Shown in pieces: positions 41,360 to 54,914 of a DNA stretch of 64,000 bases; the stretch's first letter is position 1, and each line of letters begins with the position of its first letter. The stretch covers positions 44,826,001-44,890,000 of the forward strand of contig OX597831.1 in NCBI GenBank assembly GCA_951406725.2. Direction: 5' to 3'. A program made the position numbers and the translations under genes. Origin of the DNA: Octopus vulgaris (taxonomy: Eukaryota). The notes below the pieces were generated by a model, which made no database searches, had not been told where the DNA came from, and saw only the letters and a program-made list of their open reading frames with translations.

Positions 41360-41436
41360 ATGCTAGATTAACCAATGTGTAGGACAAATGCTAGATTAAT
41401 CAATGTGTAGGACAAATGCTAGATTAACCAATGTGA
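41352..41436. repeat. 28-bp tandem repeat x3 at the 5' truncation point of the CR1 fragment
   Basis: taggacaaatgctagattaaccaatgtg repeated three times; the first 8 nt overlap the LINE. Confidence 0.9.
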
Positions 41437-41519
41437 TATACAAGACATTTTTACTGTTATTTCGATTAATAAATTAATGGCATGTTAAATACGCTTGGTT
41501 TCAATGTCAGACAGTAATA

Positions 41520-41553
<34 letters not shown>

Positions 41554-41963
41554 AGCGTGTGCGCGCACCTTGTGTGAAATGTATGTATGCATGTATGTAT
41601 GTATGTATGTATGTATGTATGTATGTATGTATGTATGTGTGTATGTATGTAGATGAAGCTCAGTCACCGACAGTGGCGACTCGTGTATAGGCACTGCGGA
41701 ACTACAGTATCCCCTATTTCCACTTGATATTATCAATAACATTCAATATGACGAGTCCTTTTTTCTTTAATTCTTTCTTTATACTTGTACATTATATAAT
41801 CCTTAAGCTTAATGTCAGTAGCCATACGAGAAAAAAAAAATGTCAGTAGCCATTAAAAAAAAACGAAAATCCTTGTATAGAACTGTGCGCTTCACAGTTT
41901 CAGCGACGCAGCGTTTGGCTGTTGTGCGCATGCTCACATGTCCGAGATAGGAAGCTTCACGCT

Positions 41964-42014
<51 letters not shown>

Positions 42015-42593
42015 ACTGCATGAGCGACATTGCCGACCCCGGTGTTCCGGTGCAAGGTAGTGTTTCTTTTTGACTCTGCATGAAAACGTGTTTATAGTCT
42101 TGAATGTGATAGTGTAGAATTAGATTATCTGCTTCCAGCTTCAGTGTTGATGCCAGGATTTGAAAAATAGGGCACATTTCCCCGCCTTATTTTATGATTT
42201 AGTGGGTATTTTTGAAAAACAAGGGGGAATTCGCGGCGAAATTCAGTGAACAAATTAAACACACTATCTGTCAGTGGCTAAAACGCGAACCGATCAAGTT
42301 TATGTATAAATTTTCTTTTTATATGTTTGTTTCCTTCTACACAATATTAAAACGACGGCTAAAATTTTCGAAAGCAGCACCCCTAAATAATTTTATTCAC
42401 GAGCCGCCACTGGTCACCGATGAAATCCCAACACACATTTGAAACTAGTCCAATTGACTCTTCCATTCCTGTCTTGGAAAACAATGCATATAACAGGAAA
42501 AGCGTTTACACGTCTCTCTCCCTTTTTTGTCTTTCACTATTTCTCTTTCTCTCTCTCTGTCGACTCCCCCCTCTCTCTCTGTATATATACATA

Positions 42594-42647
<54 letters not shown>

Positions 42648-42760
42648 CACAGATTTATACACCCCCACACATATATATATATACTCACATACATATACTT
42701 CAGAATATATGTATTGATTCTTAGCCAACGCAGAATCAGTATGTATACACACACACGCAC

Positions 42761-42817
<57 letters not shown>

Positions 42818-42937
42818 CACACACACACACACATGCATGTTTTGATTCTATGTTAGTTAAGAATTTACAGACATATATTCTTTAGTAGCCTATAACTCAC
42901 TGGTATAGGGACAAACGCTGACACACACTCATACACT

Positions 42938-42984
<47 letters not shown>

Positions 42985-43145
42985 ACACACACACACACAC
43001 AAACACTGGCGTGCACAAATTATACGGCTAGAGGAATCCACAAATAAGAAAAGAAAATAACCAATATGAAAAACAAAGTGATTTTTTTTATTCAGTACTT
43101 TCTTACAAACCGGTCATGTTTCAACTTTCGTATCATCGGAGAAGA

Positions 43146-43210
<65 letters not shown>

Positions 43211-43459
43211 GTATGTATGTATGTATGTATGTGTATATATACACACACGCACACACACATTGTAGAAGCTGCTTTGGATGTTATCAACCGATTATTGTTA
43301 GCAAAATTAGTGGGTTCCAGCTCTTATTTACTTAATCTTAGTGTCAAAAGCAGCTTCCACTGTATGTATATATAAGTATATATAAGTTTATATATATATA
43401 TATATATTTATGTATATGTGTGTGTATCTGTATGTGTGCATACATATACATACACACAT

Positions 43460-43539
<80 letters not shown>

Positions 43540-45275
43540 CAGTCATATATTGTGGTTGGTTCAAGTAATTATATCTCTTCCTCCAAGAGAATGGTTCTTT
43601 GGTGCCTCTGTAAGAAACTATGTAAGATTCTAACTGATCCAATAAAGGAGCTTCAACAGTGGTCGATGACCTGCGAGAAATAGCAGAAAGATCTCCTCCA
43701 AGGCCCAAAGAAATTATATTCTTTAAAGGTCTCATAGGACAATATAGTCCTTGATATGTAAATAGTCACAGGTTGAACGTCTTTGATCTTAGGATCGCCG
43801 AATAAAGACTGGCCAAGGGCTAAATTATAATAGATAATAATATCAATGCTAATGTGAAAATAAAATCAGAACAACAAGCTACCAATTGATGCTTCATTTA
43901 AAACGTATGTTATTTCCAGTCATTTAATGATTTTATTCATCCGGCGGCGAACTGGCAGAATCGTTAACGTAACGGGCAAAAAGCTTAGCAGCATTTCGTC
44001 TGTAATTACATGAGTTCAAATTTTGCCAAGGTCAACTTTTTCATTTCAGCCATCGGGGTCGATAAAATAAGTATCGTTTGAGCACTGGGAGCGGTGCGAT
44101 TGACTTCCCCCTTCGCCCCTAATTGCTGGCCTTGTGCCAAAATGTGAAATCAATATTCGTTTTATTTATATTTGACGATGAACGGGCAGAATCGTTTGAA
44201 CGCCGGGCTGAATCCTTATTACTATAGGCACAAGGCCTGAAATTTGGGGAAAGGAGATAGTCGATTACATCGACTCCAGTGCGTAACTGTACCTACTTTA
44301 TCGACCTCGAAAAGATGAAAGGCAAAGTCAACCTCGGCGGAATTTGAACTCAGAACGTAGCCGCAGACGAAATTCCTATTTCTTTACTACCCACAAGGGG
44401 CTAAACACAGAGGGGACAAACAAGGACAGACAAACGGATTAAGTCGATTATATCGACCCGAGTGCGTAACTGGTACTTATTTAATCGACCCCAAAAGGAT
44501 AAAAGGTAAACTCGACCTCGGCGGAATTTGAACTCAGAACGAAGCGGCAGGCGAAATACCGCCGAACATTTCGCCCGACGTGTTACCGACTCTGCCAGCT
44601 TGCCGCTTTAACTAATTCCAGTAATCTTTTCTACTATAGGCACAAAGCCAGAAATTTGGAGGAGGGGTGTAGTCGATTATATCAACCCCAGTGCGTAACT
44701 GGTACTTATTTTAAGTATAAGTTTGAAAGCTGAGTCAACGGAGATGAGTTGAAATTTACAGGCGGTTTAAATGCACAGGTGTCCGATATCCAAAATGTCA
44801 GCAGAATGGAACCCAGGAATCGTGACCTGTATGCGCCCCGTAAGAAGATAAGGGCCGGAACGCTTGCCTGAATGGGAGTAGGGGAGTGGATTCTCCTCCG
44901 AAGACCTTCTGTTGTTCAGCTCTCTTGAGAATCTCTTACCATTGTCAACCCCGAAAGGATGGAAAGTAGAGTTGACCTCACCGGAATTTGAACTCTTTGT
45001 CCATGCGTAAAGATGGACAAAGGGTCGCTAAGCTTTTATGTATACATGCATATATATATGAGTGTGTGTGTGTGCGTGTGTGTATAGATAGATATAGATG
45101 CACGCACACACACACACAGCTCTATGAATGTCAGTAGACCATATTAGAGGATGGATATTAACTATGTCTCACCTACACCTACAGACTATTCACATCTAAA
45201 AGGCTTGTCACACTTTAAATCACTTCTCAGTTCATAACGAAGTTACTGATGAGTTCCTCTCTGTATGCGATGAAT

Positions 45276-45496
45276 TCATTTCGTACAAGTGGGTTGTGAG
45301 TTCAATTCCGATTGAAAGTTACAGTGTATAATACTTTCGATCAGAGTGATTGTTGGAAAATCCATACAAATAATACCAAACCGTTTCTTGGGTTTCTTTC
45401 CTTGTAAGTATTCCTGGAGTCGAGGGTTGAGACGATTAGCTACGGCCTTAGGCCAAGCCCAGAAGCTGGTTCCACTGGTGTAGGTTATATAGATAA
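45276..45496 (-). CDS. Terminal exon of the PI-PLC gene
   Basis: Acceptor tgttttttatttgcag| is phase 1 and matches the donor at 60311. Encodes VIYITYTSG...PKAVANRLNPRL..YL...RFGIICMDFP...LIESIIHCN, the typical C-terminus of the bacterial-type PI-PLC barrel. TGA at 45278-45276. Confidence 0.88.
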
Positions 45497-47094
45497 CTGC
45501 AAATAAAAAACAAAATACACGTGGTCCTAAATACATCGGCATTGTTCATAATTGTTGTTACTGTTAATTATTTTATTGTTGTTATTTAATTATGTTGTGG
45601 TGAGCAGATAAGATGGGAAGACGCGTGGTTTAGTGTTTGAGATATTGCACTCCCGAACGTCGTTTCAGTTCTCGGAGCGGGCGGTGTGTTGTGGTGTTGG
45701 GCAGAACACTTCATTTCGCATGAAGTGACGGTTTCGCCGGTCCGTCGCAGGATTACTCATTTTTGCCAGCTGAGTGGACTGGAGCAACGTGAAATGAAGT
45801 AGTTTGCTCAAGAACACAACGTGTCCCCCAGTCCAAGAATCGAAACCACAATCCTACGATCATGAGGCCAACAGTCTAACCACTATGCGACGCGCCTCTA
45901 CCATCTAACGATAGCAAACAGATAAATATATACATGTGTGTGTGTGTGTGCTTGTATATTTTCTCCTTTGCCATGCTTCTGTCAATCATAATTATGTTTT
46001 TAGCAAAAAATATGAGAACCTTTTTTATTTTCTATATAGAATATTAAAATATGCAAGCTACTTGAACTGCGTATGCGGACTTTAGCGAACCGTTTCTACA
46101 CGCTCTTCCACCACTTATATAGCGAACAGTTTTTCTGAAGAAAATTACATTCAACCAATGAGCTGAAATTTGAACAACAAACGACGAGTAGACTACTCAC
46201 GAATATATATAAGTATGTTTATATAGCATTTGTTTGTATATTCTCTCCTAGTACTTCTATCTGCCGTTGTCTGTTTGTGGTTTGTTTGTTGTTCAAATTT
46301 CAACTCCTTAAGCGAATGAATGCGTTAATAAACCTTCTGCATGGGCATAGTCTGTTCGTTGTTCGTTGGCCAAATTTCAGCTCCTTATTCGAGTTTAATT
46401 TTCATTAGAAAAACCATTCGTTATTCAATTTATTCGTTTAGAGAACCGTTTGTACATGGGTACACCCATTGTATATGTAAAACGGTAAAAACTATTTATG
46501 AATCAACCTGTATATTCTTATGGGGAACTTTCGTTAATAATGTGCACAGATGAAAATGTGAATTAGAGATACCTCATAAACGTTAGTAGAGAGGAAGAGA
46601 AGGAAAACAAACAGGAATTGAATGAGAAAGATGCAGTAGACCTAGAAGTCTATAGTTCAAAAAACATCAATACAATAGACCCAGAAGGCCAAAATAAAAA
46701 GAAATAATAATATATAGATTTTTCACACACAAAAGGACAACTGACCAAAACATAAAAGTTAGTTATACGCTGTAAAAACACATTAATAGAGATTTTCGCG
46801 GAAACCCAGAGTGATTGTCCACCATCAATATAAATTGCGATTAAGATTCAGGCGCATAACATGAAAACTGTGGTGTATGTGTGAAAAATAGCTGCTGTAC
46901 ATGGTGGATACATTATTTGTGGGCACCATTCCAAGAACGAGAATATTCTACAATGAAAGAAATAATCGTGATAGTTGTTATTGTCTAATGCCAGCAGCCT
47001 TGTTCGATTAGATCTAATATCAAAGGTATTCCAACCATGACCGTCCCAACTCTTTTTTTCCCAGCTATTGTGTATCCTGGACTATATTATGTAC

Positions 47095-47608
47095 GTGTCT
47101 TTTATATGTAAATATAATGGTAAGGTGCGATTTGAAAGAGATTTGGTAGTTATTTCTAGCGACCTGATAGAAGCTCCTTCGTTTATCAGGTCGCTAGATA
47201 TAGCAACCAAATCTCTTTCAAATCGCACCTACCATTATATTTTACATATAAAAGACACATAAGTACTCTCTACAGGTTTCGACGAGGACCTGTAGAGAGT
47301 ACTTATGTGTCTTTTATATGTAAATATAATGGTAAGGTGCGATTTGAAAGAGATTTGGTAGCTATTTCTAGCGACCTGATAGAAGCTCTTTCGTTTATCA
47401 GGTCGCTAGATATAGCAACCAAATCTCTTTCAAATCGCACCATACCATTATATTTTACATATAAAAGACACATAAGTACTCTCTACAGGTTTCGACGAGG
47501 ACCTGTAGAGAGTACTTATGTGTCTTTTATATGTAAATATAATGGTAAGGTGCGATTTGAAAGAGATTTGGTAGCTATTTCTAGCGACCTGATAGAAGCT
47601 CCTTCGTT
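47095..47608. repeat. Tandem array (period 212/213 bp, ~2.4 units) of a self-complementary unit
   Basis: Units start at 47095, 47307 and 47520. Each is arm - loop - inverted arm - 48-nt hairpin. Confidence 0.95.
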
Positions 47609-47744
47609 GGCTTGCAAAACAATAGAATCCATAAAAGGGAAATTTATTAAGAATATTTTCAACTAACATTTAATTGAATTCGATGCATATATAATACAAA
47701 ACTCACATTAAAATACAAATCCAAAACCAAGCAAAACACAAACA

Positions 47745-47908
47745 TAAGCGGAGGAGTGGCTGTGTGGTAAGTAGCTTGTTTACCAGCCATATGGTTCCGG
47801 GTTCAGTCCCACTGCGTGGCACCTTGGGCAAGTGTCTTCTACTATAGCCTCTAGCCGACCAAAGCCTTGTGAATGAATTTGGTAGAGGGAAACTGAAAGA
47901 AACCCGTC

Positions 47909-48005
<97 letters not shown>

Positions 48006-48220
48006 TGTGTCTGTGCTTGTCCCCCCCAACATCGCTTGACAACCGATGGTAGTGTGTTTACGTCCCGTAATTTATCGGTTCGGCAAAAGAGACCGATAGA
48101 ATATGTACTAGGCTTACAAAGAATAAGTCCTGGGGTCGACTTGCTCGACTGAAGGCGGTGCTCCAGCATGGCCACAGTCAAATGACTGAAACAAGTAAAA
48201 GAGTAAAAGAGTAAAAGAGA
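47745..48220 (+). mobile_element. tRNA-derived SINE family A (exemplar; others at ~2385-2812-, 5040-5483-, 13085-13345-, 18997-19580+, 30800-31190+, 31499-32358+, 34647-34810+, 38910-39078+, 58450-58745+)
   Basis: A-box tggctgtgtggtaag and B-box ggttcagtccc, shared body gtggatttggtagacggaaactgaaagaagcccgtcg, internal microsatellite, tail gactgaaacaagtaaaagag repeats. Confidence 0.85.
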
Positions 48221-48514
48221 ATAAACGAAGAAAGAAAAAGAAAACGGAAAGAGAAAAGAAGAGGAAAAATAGGAAGAATGAAAACCCGCCAATTCAACAC
48301 CAAGTGCCTCAATTGGTCGCACACCAAAAAATTCAAGAGATCCTATTGAAGCAAGGGAATAATTATTAACTTGCAGCTGACCATTCTCTCGGCTCCACCT
48401 CCACCCACAAGCTCTCCTACTGCGTTTAATCGTCATACTCACACTCACGGGAGTATGACCTTGCAGTTTGTTCCATGCCTTTTGCTATTCCCAAAATAAC
48501 CGTGAGCAGACATA

Positions 48515-49386
48515 CGTGGTCAGATCAATAAGTATACGGACTGTTGCCATAGTAAAGAAGTTAAAGCACGCAGAGTAAAGCTGCTTCATACACATTGACC
48601 TTGAACTCTGTTGTGTATGCGCACCAAGTTTTAACGTTTTAGCTCAGTTCCGCTGTTTACAGTAATGCTTGGAAGGAAGGTGTGTAGCGTGTGATCGTCA
48701 CATTGATCATGATAGAGAATGTTGAGCAGAGAATCTGCATCAAATTTTGCCAAAAGCTTGGCGATACTTGCTCAGAGGCCTACGCATAGTTTTCAAAAAG
48801 TTTTCATCGTTCTCGACAAAATCAACAAGATCTTGTGCAATTGAAATCCGAGTGTCTTTTTGGTCAGCCGAAAGCAGCTTTGGCACAAATTTGGCAGACA
48901 GGCGTCTCATATCCAAATCTTCGGGGATAATGGACTGAACTGAACCATAGCTAATCTGCACATCCTCTGATAACTCAGTTTTGACGATTTCCCCTCACAT
49001 CTGCGATGTTTTTCTCAGTTTTACTTGTTGCGGGTCCCCCAGAATGTTCGTCAATATCGTCATTTTTTCGGCCATCTTGGAGACATCTAAACCACTCGTA
49101 CGCTTGAGTGCGGCTCATACACTCCTCTCCATACACTTTCTGCAACTTTGCGTAGGCCGCTGAGCAGGTATTGCCATAACTTTCACTGTCATGGTTAATG
49201 CAACGATCACACACTACACACCTTCCTTCCAAGTATTACTGTAAACAGCAAAAGTGAGCTAGAACGTTAAAACTCAGTGCACAAGCACAGCAGAGTTCAA
49301 GATCAATTTGTGCCAAGCGGCTTTACTCTACGTACGTTAGCTTCGTTACAATGGCAACAGTCCGGATACTTATTGATCAGACCTCG
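48515..49386. mobile_element. Non-autonomous mariner derivative made of two inverted 5' ends
   Basis: TA-flanked, ~240-270 bp inverted arms. The + arm encodes EQRICIKFCQKLG. The - arm encodes AYAKLQKVYGEECMSRTQAYEWF...SAKFVPKLLS..QK (HTH and WVPxxL-like linker). No catalytic domain. Confidence 0.85.
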
Positions 49387-49858
49387 TAGATGCCCTCTCG
49401 GCCGTCCCAACTCTACCAAAAGCAGTGGTACTTAGTCGTATTTCTTTGTTCCTATGGATCCCTTTGTCAGTGATTGTTGGGTGTTTTTTTTCCCCTTTTT
49501 GCCAAGAAACAAGAACGATAACCCGAGTAAATGCCTTCATTGTTATAAAGTAAAAGAAAAGAATTGTAATAAACTCTTGAGGATCTTCAGCTAAAAAATC
49601 AAAACAAACCCCCGACCAAAACCCTAAAAAGTAAGGATTTAAAAAGCAACCGGATTGGGAGGCAGTCTACTGTATATATGTAATGTAGCATTTTGTAACA
49701 ACCAATAATTAACGCAACCAAACTTTTACATGTTACTTATGACAATCTTTTTCCAAAGAGTGAAACCGGTAAAGTAAATAAACATCTTTTAAAATTGCAT
49801 TTTCAAACCTTCTTTCGTATATAATTCCACTCGTGCGGTACCCTACAACTCCACTTTG

Positions 49859-49914
<56 letters not shown>

Positions 49915-51200
49915 AGTGGCATTCCGTCGGTTCCGACGACAAGGGTTCCAGTTGATCCGATCAACGGAACAACCTGCTCGTGAAATTAACGTGCAAGTGG
50001 CTAAGTATTCCACAGACATGCATAGCCTTAACGTTGTTCTGAGGGAGATTCAGCGTGACACAGAACTGTAAAAAGGCCGGCCCTTTGAAGTACAGGTACT
50101 ACTCGTTTTAGCCAGCTGAGTGAACTGGAGCCATGCGCTTTAACTCACCCCTTCACACACTAATACATGTTACTGCCTAGAATGAGAAGCGAGGGAATCC
50201 AAGCACCCAGTTTTCAGCGATACATCAATGACAGCAATAATGAAAGTTTCTAAATTAGGCACAAAGCTATCTGTTGTGAGAGGAGGGGTGGGGGAACCAA
50301 TCGATACCATCGAGCTCAGAACTTGATCGCTACTTTATTTTGTTGACCTTGAATGGATAAAAGGCAAAGGTGACCTCGGTGGGATTTGAAACCTGCACAT
50401 AGAATCAGAAGAAACACTACAAGTCATTTTCTCCGATGCTCTAACGATACTGCCAATGCATTGTTTTGTAATTTAGCCAGCAATTTAAAAGGTGGGAGAG
50501 CATCGATTGAACGACCCTAGTATTTAAGTGGTACTTTATTTTTATCGATTCCAGTATGATGGTGGAGGCGCGTGGCTTAGTGGACAGGGCGTTAGACTCT
50601 TGATCGTAAGATTGTGGTTTCGATTCCTGGACTGGGCGACGCGTTGTGTTCTTGAGCAAAATACTCCATTGCATGTTGCTCCGGTCCATTCAACTAACAA
50701 AAATGACCAATCCTGCGACGGACCGGCGTCCAATCCAGTGGCGATTATATGCGCCACGGAACCGGGAAATCCGCCCTGTGAGTCTATATGACTCGGGAAT
50801 GGTCTTTATCCTTTTATCTTATCCAGTATGACAAGAGGCTAAGTTGGTATTCTTGTTCGACGCTCTAGCGAGTCTGCCAATCCCCAGCCTCAAAGGCAAA
50901 GCTGACCTCGGCAGGACTTACGCTAAGAACGTAAAGCGCTGTGACTAAATACTTCAAGACATTTTGTCCGCCTCTAATAATTCAGCCAATCAGCCACTCG
51001 TCTCATTGAGGTCAGATAATATTAGAAAATGTTCTAGTTTTTAAATCCGATTACAACTATAAATTATGCTAGGTACAGAGATGAATTCATTCGCCGGTTG
51101 TCTTATACATAAAGTGAAATGTAACGATTTGATATTCAATATATATCATCCATTATTCCTTCTAGTAAAACACCTGAAAATTTGGTCGACCATATCTTCA

Positions 51201-51390
<190 letters not shown>

Positions 51391-51626
51391 ATAAAATAAC
51401 ATGTTTACAAGATAATGTTAGATGGAGGAGGAATAAACCATAGTGGTGTTTTGAAAACAGAATTCTAGTAGTGGGCGTTTTCAGGAGAAATGCCGACTGT
51501 ACTTTTAGCCTGGGATTAGAGCAGATATGAGAAGGGAGCTAAATGCGTCTACTTTAAATTAAAGACTTTATTTACTTATTTATTTATTTATTTATTTATT
51601 TATTTTACTTTCTCATTGAACAGATT

Positions 51627-52049
51627 GGCAATCTTTCGTCTCTAGTAGACCTTTCCGTCGATTTCCGTAAAAAAATTTTTTATTTTACATATGGGCTTGC
51701 GGGAACTTTTGAAGTAATGAGAGCGAAAGAGACTAAGAGAAAGCGATTGTATGACGAGGGAAGTTCTTTTGAAGTTACCGTGCATGGGAAGCATTGATGT
51801 ACATGTGTGTGTGTGTGTGTTTGATGGGGTGTGGAAGACAGACAGTATGTTGTGTAAGTGAAGTGCTTCTGTTAGTATGTGTGAAGAGACAGAGTAATGT
51901 GTGAAAGAAAGAGATAACTGAAATTTTTTACTCGGTGTATGTGTATATGTATGTATATTACTTCAAAAGTTCCCGCAAGCCCACATGTAAAAAAAAAAAA
52001 ATTTTTTACGGAAATCGACGGAAAGGTCTACTAGAGACGAAAGATCACC
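51627..52049. mobile_element. MITE with ~90-bp TIRs, GG..CC ends and 8-bp TSD (Merlin- or MULE-like)
   Basis: TSD aacagatt at 51619-51626 and 52050-52057. Arms atctttcgtctctagtagacctttccgtcgatttccgtaaaaaa... are inverted. Confidence 0.85.
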
Positions 52050-53199
52050 AACAGATTTTTTACAAAATGACATTTGCAAACAAGAGTCAACAGAGGAACT
52101 TCTTTCTGGTTGTTCGATTTACTAGAAATGGCAGCCAAATCGCTCGATGAAATGCACACCGTCAATAGCTAAGTTTTAGCTGGATAGGTTAAAAATGATA
52201 GGACGCTCATGTGGGAACTGAAGCGTCTTTGATCACGTGTCTGGTCTTTAGGGCAGATTTAGTGATATACAACAGCAGCAGCAGCAGTAGCAGCAGCACA
52301 TGCAAACAAGTATAATTAATGCCGTTGGTTACTTTAGGGTAATTTCATCTTGCTGGATTTTTAACATTGTGAGTGTGTGTATGGCTTTGTGGCTAGGGTG
52401 TTGCACTCACGATTGCGAGATCGCGGTTTCGATTCTTGCACCGAGTGTTGCGTTGTGTTCTTGAACGAAACACTTCATCTCATGTTGCTCTGCAATCACT
52501 CCGATGCCTGACGAATGGCACACTGTGTACACCTGTTCAGGTAACATCGATTTGCTGGATGGAGTGAGCTAATTATATACAAATGACAAATGTGCCCTTT
52601 TAAAGACTAGCCAGGCTCATGGGCCCGGTTTCCCGGTTTCCGTGGCGTATGTGATCCCCAGCTGGATGGGACGCCTATCCATCGCAGCGTTACTCATTTT
52701 TGCCAGCTGAGTGGACTGGAGCAACGTGAAATGAAGTGTTTTGCTCAAGAACACAACGCGTCGCCCGGTCCAGGAATCGAAACCACAATCTTACGATCAT
52801 GATGCTGACACCCTAACCACTAAGCCACGCGCCTCCACGAGCTGATATATACAGCACAAATATTTGATGACTATAAACCAGGAGTTGCCAAACTTTTTCA
52901 ACCATCGACCCCTACTTTAGCCACTTCTTCTGCATCGACCCCCCTTTAACCATTTCTCCTTCCGCATCGACCACTCTCCTCATTTAAAATATCTTAATAC
53001 CCTACCCTACCATACCATATCTCTTAAATGTGCACCGGGTATTGATACTGGCAATTAAAATGTTAGCTAAAATATACATTTACAACAAATTAAGAAATTC
53101 TATTGAAGATGACACACTTTTTACATTTAAAACTATGTGCATGAGTTTCGTTTTTGGATTTGGTTTGCAAGATTCTATATATGAGTTCGTGTGTTGAAG

Positions 53200-53457
53200 C
53201 ATATTCTGTTGTCTGGTGAGAGGCATTTTTTTTTGCCTTATAATTTAACACACTCACCGGTAAAATTTCCACTTATTTCCTTTTCGTTGTGTCTTGTAAA
53301 CTTTTCAATAGTCTTTCAAGACTATTGAAAAGGTTGCAAGACGCAACGAAAATTTTAGAAAAATAAAAATAAGAAATAAGTGGAAATTTTACCGGTGAGT
53401 GTGTTAAATTTTAAGGCACAAAAAGAAAATGACTCTCCCCAGACACAACAGAATATG
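53200..53457. repeat. Imperfect palindrome (~125-bp arms); same family as 35885-36066
   Basis: catattctgttgtctgg...aacacactcaccggtaaaatttccactt / aagtggaaattttaccggtgagtgtgtt...ccagacacaacagaatatg. Confidence 0.85.
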
Positions 53458-53474
53458 TGTATGAGTACATAGTA

Positions 53475-53986
53475 CCGTAAATCCTCGAGTATAGTCCACT
53501 CTTGAGTATAATACGCAGGGTATTTTTAGGGGGCTGTACCTCTGAAAAACTCAAACCTTGTGTATAATACGCACCCCTTCTCTAACTTGAGTTAAGGAGG
53601 TCTATATAACGTCCTTGGTTTGTAAAAATGTATACGGTAACGTCCTTTATTATTATTGTATATATAACAAAATGCAAACGTTTAGCTTTTTTGTGCATTT
53701 TGTTTGCAGAAAATAAAGAAATAACAGTAATAATGTTTAATAAATGTTGCTTACTGCAAGTTATGGATGATTCTTTTATGACTTCATTGCTTTCAGGCTT
53801 AGCTTAAGGTATTTTCGCGCCCGACATCACAAAATGCATCTCAATAAACATTGCCGGACAGCAAATAAAGACTCGGACATTGCTTAGAAAATAATTTTCA
53901 TTTTTAACCTCGTATATAGTACGCACTAGGGATTTTGACCTTTAAATTTTGGGGAAAAAATGCGGATTATACTCGAGGATTTACGG
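53475..53986. mobile_element. Tc1/mariner-superfamily MITE (CCGTA termini), copy 2
   Basis: TA|ccgtaaatcctcgagtata ... tatactcgaggatttacgg|TA, perfect terminal inverted repeats. Confidence 0.85.
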
Positions 53987-54814
53987 TATTAAACTTTCAA
54001 TTTTTATGAAATTGTTTTCACTGTTAGAAAATGTGAATAACGCTTCATATTGCTGGGATATCTTTTATTGAAAATGACGACATCAATGTGAGGGATGATC
54101 ATGGCGTTGACTAAGTATTTCAAGCAGTTAATCTGGGTGAGCTGGTCTTTCGCACGCCGACCCCCATTCGATCCCTTGGCTATCATCGACTCCCTGTAAT
54201 TCTTCGCCAACCACTGCTATAAACAAATCGTTTGTGCCGGTTGTTCAGCAAGAAATTGCAGAACCATCTTCCTCGGCCTACTAGTGACAACCATCATTTT
54301 TAGCCTGTAATTGCTGCAGTCTAGGCACGTGGCCAAGTTGTTATGATGTTGGGCTCACGATCGTTGGATCATGAGTTCGATTCTCAGACCTGGCAGCACA
54401 TTGGGTCTTTGAGCAAGACACTTCCTCTCATGCTGCTGCTGTTCACTCACCTGAAAATGGGCACCTGCTGCAGCTAGGATGAGGTTTAACTCTGCGACGG
54501 ACTGCCATCCGTTCAGTGGCGGAAATGAGAATTATACTCTCCGGCGTCTGAAAGCCTCGAAAACCCGGTTAAGCTTTTGATCCTCTAGGCTCCAGGCAGA
54601 CAGCTGTAACAACACACTTGAGGTTCCTCAAGCGGGAAAGATGTTTTTTTTCCTCTTTTATCCTTTATTGTTGTTTCATGCTGCATTGCAAAACCGGTCC
54701 TACTGAGGACAGTCCCAACAGGACATCATTTGCTGGCACTTCGCCCAACTCTTCTCCATTTCTGGTAAAAACGAACACAGTGAATGCTTTCCTACGTAGC
54801 TGATTCACAGAGAA

Positions 54815-54879
<65 letters not shown>

Positions 54880-54882
54880 GAG

Positions 54883-54914
<32 letters not shown>

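Noticed and set aside
47095-47608. CRISPR-like array or protein-coding repeat (ORFs 47068-47666)
   Set aside because: No unique spacers, no cas genes, eukaryotic context. The ORFs are by-products of the palindromic repeat.
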